Assembly (NCBI GenBank): GCA_964035545.1
Contig: OZ037766.1
Location: 8,360,722-8,424,721 of the forward strand
Length of the DNA: 64,000 nt
Direction of reading: 5' to 3'
Source: Bugula neritina
Lineage: Eukaryota; Animalia; Bryozoa
Shown here: positions 49,100 to 64,000 of the stretch, one piece after another
Position numbering within the stretch: the first letter of the stretch is position 1
Layout of the letters: each line of letters opens with the position of its first letter
The notes under the pieces: model-generated
Seen by the model: the letters and a program-made list of their open reading frames with translations, nothing else
What the model was told of the DNA's origin: nothing
Database searches by the model: none
Program-made: the position numbers and the translations under genes

Positions 49100-50330
49100 G
49101 TGTATACTAATACTAATACTCATAGCCAAACACATACAGTCGTACTTTATCAAGATATTTTGCTAATACGAAAAGTAATACTGATCGCGTATTATTGCAA
49201 TAAATAAACCGATTTATTTGCAAATTCAAGTACGAACCTCATACTCAAGTATGAGTATCAGACTGAGACTCAGTATCAGTATGACAGTGACACTGACTAG
49301 GAGTAGGAGTAATAGTAATACTAATTCAAATTGTAAAACTAAATTATTATTGTAATTATAGTAAAATACTGACTTTTACTTTGATACCATGACCATCAGT
49401 GAAGGATATGCCTATGGCCGTATGGGCCATGGTAATGCCATCACCATGGGCATGGGCATGTCCATTGGGCTTGGCAATGTGAATGCGATTGCCATTCAGT
49501 TTCAGTTTCACACTGTCAAATGAATGTCATTGTGATACTCATACTCATACTGATAGTAATGCGATAGTGATAGTGATTGGTCTTGGAATTACTGATTGCC
49601 ATTAACTTTAGGTGAATACCATACTGAAACTCATAGTCATACCTCTTACCTCTTCTTCTTTAGTATGCACTAGGTCTAGAGCATGTAGCAAGAGGCACGC
49701 CTCTACAGTTTCTGATTACAGGCCAGCAAGTATTTTCAGTGTGTTGCACTTATGCAACTCTGGTGTATTGACTAATTATTTAGCATAGATTTAAGCTCCC
49801 GGACTGTTTTTGGAAGGAAGCTGCTGTAGTAGGCTGCTGATTTTGCAAAAATGGTTGGGGGATCTTAGTCTTACACTTGCAGCATTTTGATAGTGATACT
49901 GATAGTCATACTCTGTACTCATACTCAGTGTAACTAGTATTATTAGTGTTGGTGTTACTATTACCGTAAGATAAAGTATTACTATTACTATTAGTATTAC
50001 CATTAGACTTAGTATTACTATTATTATTAATAATACTGTTAGTATTAATATTTATATTAGTATATGATGATGATGCTATATGTACTACTATTAGTATTTG
50101 ATTCAATCTGTTAGAGGCTATTACATTTACTTTTACTGTTAGTTTTACTATGACTATTAGTATTACTGTATTGGTATTACTATAAATATTAGACTTAGTA
50201 TTGCTATAAATTTACCAAGCTATTTGATTTTATTATTATAAATATAAGTATTTACTTTTAGTTTTAGTATTTTGAATAGTATAAGTATTAAATTTAGTAT
50301 TACTTTATTACTATTAGTATTTACTTTTAG
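49100..50330. repeat. Two degenerate 6-bp-periodic arrays (49100-49650 and 49880-50330) flanking a GC-richer core between TBC1D9 and STT3A
   Basis: atgagt atcaga ctgaga ctcagt atcagt atgaca gtgaca ctgact aggagt aggagt aatagt aatact; gatact catact catact gatagt; gatagt gatact gatagt catact; attact attact attagt attacc attaga cttagt attact. Confidence 0.65.
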
Positions 50331-50870
50331 CTAAAGCTTGAATAATCTTTAACACAGACACAGTTGCACTTCATTTAGTTTTACCATTCTCACTCTCAGA
50401 CTGTTTGAGGGTTCTATGCTCAACCAATTTTTTTTTATAATAAATTTTGTGGAAAAATGTCTTGAATTAATTTTGAATTCTTATGGCTCTCTGATGCCGT
50501 TTCCAGTCTGCTTTTAAATCTGTGGTATTATTGGAAAACTGATAATGATTATTGCAAACTTTCTTTTTATGCTATTTTTGGCTGCTGCAACACAGCCACA
50601 AGAACACTAGAACCAACTGAGACTGTCATCAGCAGTAAGCAATCAGAAATTTTAAATTGATTTGTTTGAATTTTAAATTGATTATTAAATATTGAAAGAA
50701 TGGTTGTTTTTAAAATTATCTTTTTATGGAAACATTGTGTTTGTTGAGCTCATATATAAATAAATTTATTGGAATTTGTTTAGTCTCAGCTTATTAGTTT
50801 ACTAGCTTTCTATTTTGTTGTGTTTTTCATCAAGTATTGCAAACTTAGTTTTAGGTAAGAGGCTGTCAAG

Positions 50871-56794
<5,924 letters not shown>

Positions 56795-58159
56795 AATAGT
56801 TAACTCTGCTTCCATAGTATGGCTAGGATGATACTCTAGTAGTGTGTAGGAGCGTATGTTCAATCATAAATTTACACACGTGGTCTGTAGCAAGGTGTAA
56901 AATATTGTTGCACTTTTCACATCTTCTGTTCATATCCTGTGAGCTAAAATTGCTTCTTCAGCTTTTGTTTTTCAAGTGGTTCAAACATTGTCTTAACGCT
57001 CACTTAATGTGTATATTATGATTTTTATAACTAGCTTTTTGTATCTTTGCAATGTCGCACATGCATCAGATTTGATTTTAGATTTTAACGTTTGATGAAT
57101 ATGATTAGTAGAAATTAAAATAGCTTGTACAGCAAATAAAGCTATATGCATTCCTGCCAATTTAAAAACATGCTTTAGTTGCTTTGTCTCCAAAGATCAG
57201 TTTTGTAGTCTCTTTTTGAGCAAATCATACTTGATTTTCTAGGTCTAAAAGTAGGATAATAGCTGGTTGGGAGACTTGTAGAGTTAGTCATGAGATTTGA
57301 ATGCAAACAAACTGACAATTATGTGCCTATAGCCTGCTATGCTACACAGCTGCAAATTCCGAGATTATTGTATCAACTAGCTAGAGCTCAGAATTTTTGG
57401 AAGACATCTGCAGTAAAATACAATTTGGTGTACTCTAAAGTTTTACTTTCAAAAATAAATAATTATATACAGATTTGCAAGTTAGAATAGAACAGGCAAT
57501 TATTTATTGCAACCATTGAAATTCAGTGATCGCAACTGCTTAGTGGAATAATCAGAAAATGTACCAGTGAACCACTTATTTACTCAACGGTTTTTTTGTT
57601 TGAAAAGACAATTTGTAAAATGGTGAAATGTGTAGAGGTGGTTGCTTAATGGGTGATGCAAAATGATTGATTTTCACATCATCTTTTAAGAAATTTTAGC
57701 TTATTGTTCAGCAGGTAAGATTTACTTGAAAGTTACAAAATATTTTGCTAAACTAAGCAACGACCATGGATAGGCACGAGAGTTTGTTGCCATGATATAA
57801 ATGGATGCAGAAATAGCTTGCAGAGAGCCACAGGGTGGTTGGACTTTGGAGGGGTTTGGGATTTAGACAACAATGTCTATACAAAATCTGAACTTACTAA
57901 CCCTCATTTGGTACTGCCTCTAGCAGTGTGTGCCTCAGCCTCGTGTAGGCAGAATACAGGAGTTGCTGTCTTTTTTAAATCGAGGTCGTATGGTGCCAGA
58001 CCTGTAGCGCAAATTTCACCGACACACGCAATTTATTTGTGAATAACGTGCCTTGAGACGTCCTGATTTCGTGCAGCCTTTAGATTATAAGAACTTACCT
58101 GCATTGTTTTTACTGAGACTATGAACTCTATTTGCAGAAAGTTTACTGGTCATTGTTAA

Positions 58160-59100
58160 TACTAATAGTAATAATAAGTATAATAATTATTTATTTATGA
58201 TTTAGATTTCAGATCCATAACAGTCAAAATGACTTGAATTACGTCTACTTATAAAAGTATAGCCTTTTCAACAAAATTATTAGCATTGCAAACAAAAATC
58301 TAAAACCCCATCCTTGCAGTTGTATACTCAGACTTATAGATATACTTATAGTTATACTTATACTTATAGTTATAGTAATAGTTAATGTTATTCAGTTATT
58401 GTTAATGTTATACTCATAAGTTATAGTTATACTTATATTCACTCTCATTTTTCAGTCTCATACTCAGAGTCATAGTGATACTCATACTGATACTGATAGT
58501 AATACTGTCTACTGATACTCATACTCATAGTGATAGTCATACTCATAGTGATAGACTTAGAGCACAGTGATAGTCACTCAATGTCATACTCATACTGATA
58601 CTCATAGTTAGTCATAGTGGTACTCTGATAGTCATACTAATACTTATAGTATTACTAATAGTAAATGTAATAGTAATAGTGATACTCAAAGTCAAACTAA
58701 TGAATCATACTCATACTGATGCTCATCCTGTCATAGCCCATAGGCATAGATTAAAGTTGAACCAAATTGAAATTGAAAGGTCAAAGTGCAAGTACTAAAT
58801 TGCTATTGCTATTAGTAATACTGTATTAGTAATACTATTAGTATTAGTATTACTATCAGTATCACTATTAGTACAACTCTTACTATTACTATTAGTAATA
58901 CTAGTACTGTAGTAGTAGTGCTAGTAGTACTAGTATTACTAATAGTACCTTTGAATACCTTTGTAGACATAGTAATGGTTAAATTTAATGTTATAGACTT
59001 ATACTTATACTTATAGTCACAATAATTATAGTAGTAATTATTGTAATCTAAATTATATTTATAAATCATAATCATAATGATTATCATAATCAGGTCATAA
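58160..59100. repeat. Long degenerate 6-bp-periodic array upstream of the GPAT coding exons
   Basis: 58440-58740 has consensus NATAST (catact cagagt catagt gatact catact gatact gatagt aatact...). 58810-58950 is mostly the opposite orientation ATNAST (attagt attagt attact atcagt atcact attagt). Confidence 0.75.
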
Positions 59101-59108
59101 TGGTGTCC

Positions 59109-59335
59109 GGTAAAAATGGCACCGCTAATCAAGGCACAAATGGAAAGGTAGATAAAATGGCACAGTTTCAATATTAGGGTTTGGGGTGGGGTTGGGTCTT
59201 TAGAGATGGAGGTTTAGGTTTGGGTTGGGGTTTAAGGGTTGAGGATTTGAGTTTGGAAATTTTAACATCTGTGTTCCATTTTTTCCTACTTTTCCATTTG
59301 TGCCTTTAGTACATTTTTACCGTGCCATTTTTACC
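59109..59335. mobile_element. MITE-like element with TIRs and a G-run core
   Basis: Perfect 14-bp TIR GGTAAAAATGGCAC...GTGCCATTTTTACC, inner inverted pair GGCACAAATGGAAA / TTTCCATTTGTGCC, and a core of telomere-like AGGGTTTGGGGTGGGGTTGGG...GGTTTGGGTTGGGGTTTAAGGG. Confidence 0.75.
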
Positions 59336-60192
59336 TAAAATTGGTAATGATATTTATATTGATATTGAATTAAATAATATAATTAATAATATCAATAAAA
59401 ATTATATAAATAATAATTATAATATATCCTAAATTATCATTATCATTTGCATTATGATAATTGTAATTATAAAATGTTATGAAAACTATAATCTTGATAA
59501 ATATAATAAGGATTTCTAATAATTACTATTATCAGTTATTCTTAAAATAATACTTATAATAGTTTTCATCATAATGATCATGATTACGGATTAGCTTATT
59601 TTTTTGTTAAAGCTCAAGGTCTTAAATGAGGCTTCAGGTTTACAATGGGAATTTATGTTTAATTTCATCTAAATAATTAAGCAACAATATTCATATTAAC
59701 TATTTTTGATTGTAATTAAATTAATATTAGTATAATTCTATTTGCAAACTAAAATTAAATTGTCTTCAAGTCAAAGGTAAATTTTAGGTATTAAAATTGA
59801 GTACTATGATTATATTATTATATGCAATAATATTAATTATGATATTGCAATTTATGGTAAATTTAAATTACTAAAATTTGTAAATAAGTTTATTTAGTCT
59901 AATTTTTTTATAGAGCATCATCAATGTCACTTTAGAGTTATTAGACTTAGAATACCAGTATAACTTGGAGATAAAATAATCAATAGGTAATAAGGTTATC
60001 AATCAATATGATTTAATATATGCTACAATAAGTCTAACATGCTGAATAAAAATGTAATAATTGTTTTGCAAAACTGCCTATTGCCATCATAATAAATCAA
60101 TCCCAAATCTAAGAAAATTGAGTTTAAAATGGTTATAATCGTACACCCAGGAGCTCTCTATGCACGGTTGACTGAAGGGTTCAGCTTGGAAT

Positions 60193-63100
60193 ATGGCAGG
60201 TATGATGGACTCAATGAATGCTGTCTATGCTAAATGGGACCGTGCTCCTAATGGGAATAGTTTCAGCCCATCAAAGCAGCAATACTCTGCTGATAATGTT
60301 TTGGCAAATGGTAAAAGTGCGTGGAAGACTAAATTTAAGCAGTTGCCTCCTCAACCCGAGCGAAGGAAGACAGCCAAGTCAGCTACAAGGAGGGCAAGAT
60401 CTGTTGCACAACCGGTAAGTAAGCTATAATGCTTACTATTTAGATTGGTCAGTTTGTAGCCTTACATAGTTGTGTATGTAATATATACTGTAGGCAATGC
60501 TAAATTATGTGTACTTGTTGCTTACGTATGATAGCATGTATATTGTAACTTGTAATGCTTGCTTTAGTTATATAGGTTATGCATTATTGTTTCTATTGCC
60601 ACTGTAGTTTTTTGAACTGAAAACTTGCTTAGTATGTACACCTTTGACAAGCCCTGTGCTGGACATTTGTGGTGGTTGGAACTCTATGTATGCTTCATTA
60701 GAATGGTTTTATACTATATTCTAGTTATAATGGCAGGGCTTTATATTATCAAGAAATACATTTCCGATTCTGTGCAAAACATCATTATTTTGCTTACTTT
60801 TCTGTAGCCTATTTCATCAATAGTGGGCGCCTTTAAAGCATCCCCAAGTGTCAAGCCACCTTATAATAGCTGGGCCAGACCTCTCACAGGACAGTGTTGC
60901 AGTTGCATGCCTATAAGCAGGGTGCGTCTCAGTCTCTGTATTCATTTCATATATAGAATATAGAATATAGATATTTTGTGCGATACATTATGTTCATTTG
61001 ATTGTCTTTGGATTTTTTCAGGATACGTTTGTTCATAATGCTGTCCCAGAGATGCCTGATATTACCAATGTTCTTCGTTTACCAGAATTATCATGGTGGG
61101 TTCTGTTGGTTTGTATATCTTTTTTTTAAAAAGGAATTACAGACAAACTGTTGGGCAGATTTAGGGTTACAGATTTCCTGCTAGCTAGCTAAATATTTTA
61201 TATTCAATACTCTAAGCTGAAAGTTTGGGAAGTTCAGGCCAACTATTTTTTAAAACGTTAAACTTTGTATATTCAAATATTTTTAAAGGCAGAATTAATC
61301 ATTAAAATATTAAATGCTTATTGTTTAGTTGTTGGTTTAAATTTCCAAAAGCTTTATATTTCTAATGAGATTTTACACATCTATTTGCACTTATCTAAGT
61401 AACGGCTTCAGCTAATTAGCAGTTGTAGCACACATTTCGCAACATTTTGTCTACCAGCATGCATATTTATTGCTAGTATTTATTGTCTTATTACTACTTC
61501 AACAGAAGTTATTTGATTCAAGTAATAATGAAATAATCTGGCTCTATGCCAATTTAAGCTAATTTTGAGCTGCTCAAGGACTCTAACATTGTAATTCTTA
61601 GTGAAACATATGTATGTATGTGATATGTGCTACTTGTAATGCTCTACCTGATATATTTCAGCCGGCATAGCAAGATACTGAGTGCATTTTGTAATGTCAC
61701 CTACACATATAGACACACTGTAAGGTTTGGATATCCTAATATTACTGAGTCAGTACTCCGAAGTCCTAGATCACAGTTGGCAGTGGAACGCACTGTGCAA
61801 GAACTGCTTGACCAACAAGGTAAATATAATATAAACTTATCCCCCCACCGCAATGGTCAATGTGCCAGCGCGTACTATTTACAACAAGTTTTTAGGGTAG
61901 TAAGTATATATAAGTACTATTATAATAATATTACTCGGTATGTTATTGACAATGGCTCCAAACCATAGACTAAATTCATGTTAAATGTTTTTAAAACGTA
62001 GCCAGCTGTGCTAGCATATGAGTATTTGATGGTTATAGAGATTAGACTTTAGAGTATAGTGTAAATAAGTTAGTATGTATCTGTATATGTATATTTATAT
62101 GTATCTATATATATCAAAGGCTTGCCACTAGATGAAAATAGTAAAGCTTACAAGAAAGAGAAAAAGAAATGTGAAGGGAAGCTAAAGAAGTTATTTCACA
62201 TAATGAATGCTGTGATGTCTATACCTTTGTTCAAGTGAGTAGTTATCTTCTCACTAATATTTAGGTGAGTGTTAGCATTGTACAGAGAATACATGTATAC
62301 AGATTACACAGTTGTTGGCATGTACTTTAATCATGCATTAACTACTAGAATAGTGCATGTAAAACTAAATTATACAGTCAATATCTTTGTAACTGGCAAG
62401 TTTCTAACCTGCTGTCACCTGTTTGATAACCATTAGTGCTAAAATGGGTTGGTAATCAGATTACAATTTGCTACCTGTTGATGCCGACTTAATCAAAGAA
62501 GAAGCCTGCATCAACAGGTAGAAAATTGTATTTTGTAATTGACTTTAGACTCACCGGTTGGTTTCTGAATACAGTACTTGGTGCTTTGCTGAATTCGGTG
62601 CAGGTGCACAACTCACAGCTACTGGTCTTGAAAGACGCTACGCTGGTTTGTTTTATCATTACTAGTTGATGAATGCATTTGTGAATACAGTTTTAACTGA
62701 TTTTTCTTAGTTGTGCTTTATGCCGTCGATTGAATTCTTTAATGTTTTAATCAGTTTAGTAAATAACTTTTAGCATTCTTGTTTGGTTTATCCAGTTCAT
62801 ACTAATTTGTTGTGTGTAAAAACTACCTGAAGATAGACATTTCATCACGTCTATTCTAGTGCGGAAAGCCCGTAGTTTACCTGCCAATGCACAGGAGTCA
62901 CCTGGACTATATACTCCTGACTTACATACTCTGGCATTACGGTATTCGAGCTCCGTACGTCGCAGCTGGTGACAACCTCAATATATTCGGCTTTGGGTGG
63001 GTTGTGCTCAAACTACTTCTATAGAATCTTACTCATTGCTGTGGAATAAATCTGATTTTACTGTTTCTGTAAATGGAGAGTTGTGGTTCCAACAACACGA

Positions 63101-63895
63101 TATTAGTGCGATACATTCAGATGTAAACTTGAACTTAAAGGAAGAGTTTACTGATTTAATGAAACCTTAAAGTGAGTAAATAAAAAATAAAATTCACGTG
63201 AATCTCGTTGTTAGTAGTGTTTTGGAGTTTTTCCACGTAGTCCGTTTAAGCTTGCGACCCAACAGCTGACTGCAAGGCTGACTGCGACAGTTAGTAATAT
63301 TAAACAGACTCAAGATACTCATACTGATGAAAAATACAATTCTGTCTTTTATTTTTACTTACGTGTCTCTTTTGTTTTGATTCGGATAGTTTATTAGTTT
63401 ATTGCACGTATACACTGACAGCTTCGGCTACTTAATGTAGAAACTCAAACTTTAGTTTTGTAATAATAGTTTGGGTCTGTGATACTCTTGCTCCTGGAAA
63501 TATGCGGCAACCTTTAAACTGTTTCCACAGGCGTATTTTGCGTTCACTTGGTGGCTTTTTCATTCGCCGAAGACTGGATAAAGAAGTTGGAAAAAAGGAC
63601 CACCTATACAGAGCTGTGTTGAGTGAGGTTGGCGTCTTGTACAAACTGCTATTCGATTACAACAAGCTAGTCAAGTCCTGATGATAGTCACTCTCTATTG
63701 ATAGTTACCATTACGACTATTGAGATTTAAACATTAATACATTGTAGTATCTTGAGGAGCTGTTGAGACGAGGCCAGAGTCTAGAGTTCTTTATAGAAGG
63801 AGGTAGAAGTAGAAGTGGTAAAGCGTATTATCCTAAAGCCGGTCTCCTATCAATTATTGTTGACTGGGTTTTAGCATCTAGAAATGAAACTGATG
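60193..63895 (+). CDS. GPAM: Glycerol-3-phosphate acyltransferase 1, mitochondrial type (5' part; continues beyond window)
   Basis: RPLTGQCCSCMPISRD (GPAM N-terminal motif); catalytic motif I LPMHRSHLDYILLTYIL; APYVAAGDNL; motif II LGGFFIRR; motif III LEFFIEGGRSRSGK. Nine spliced exons are visible. Confidence 0.88.
62462..62530 (+). other. Intronic hairpin, 23-bp stem (1 mismatch) and 23-nt loop, just upstream of a GPAM 3' splice site
   Basis: TACAATTTGCTACCTGTTGATGC (62462-62484) pairs with GCATCAACAGGTAGAAAATTGTA (62508-62530). Confidence 0.8.
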
Positions 63896-64000
63896 GTAAG
63901 TATTCAGTCATATTTGTTTTAGGCTTACAAGAGTTGGCAATGTAGCGGGTCTTGCAATCTTATGGTTTATATGATGGTAGGAATTCAAAAGAGATTTTTG

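Noticed and set aside
49791-50106. Ile/Val-rich and Asn-rich ORFs (also 58812-59171 and 21346-21537)
   Set aside because: These are dipeptide-repeat read-outs of the hexamer-periodic arrays. Frames break often and no consistent gene structure is evident.
58091-58103. Perfect minus-strand CAG|GTAAGT donor near the GPAM promoter (possible divergent lncRNA); similar donor near 49645
   Set aside because: An isolated splice motif with no supportable partner exon. It cannot be distinguished from chance without transcript data.

Overview
AT-rich, intron-dense genomic DNA from an invertebrate animal. A spiralian/lophotrochozoan origin is my unverified impression. The short ORF-track entries are mostly single exons or noise. 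Manual splicing (GT-AG, phase-checked) gives eight protein-coding genes: complexin (+, 1682-5220, C-terminal CAAX CLVM), PDCD2L (-), WDR76 (+, head-to-head with PDCD2L), a ~920-aa divergent SKICH/coiled-coil/C2H2 protein of TAX1BP1/CALCOCO-like architecture (+), TMEM38/TRIC channel (-), TBC1D9-like GRAM-TBC-EF-hand RabGAP (-), STT3A (+, head-to-head with TBC1D9) and a GPAT1/GPAM that runs off the window end (+). Non-coding features include a TAA-flanked Harbinger-type MITE, two small inverted-repeat elements with G/C-run cores, several minisatellites and an intronic 23-bp hairpin. Three observations stand out. (i) Long degenerate 6-bp-periodic arrays (ACT/AGT every 6 bp) sit next to the inferred promoters of the housekeeping genes. 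(ii) A six-fold repeated S-x-[DES]-S-L-x-E-A-M-R-R-L-F-like peptide motif lies inside the SKICH protein. (iii) Complexin has candidate hidden isoforms: a 9-nt microexon, an alternative hydrophobic last exon with its own AATAAA, and a splice-created upstream AUG. No tRNA, rRNA, CRISPR array or autonomous transposon was found. Coordinates were counted by hand and may be off by a few bases.
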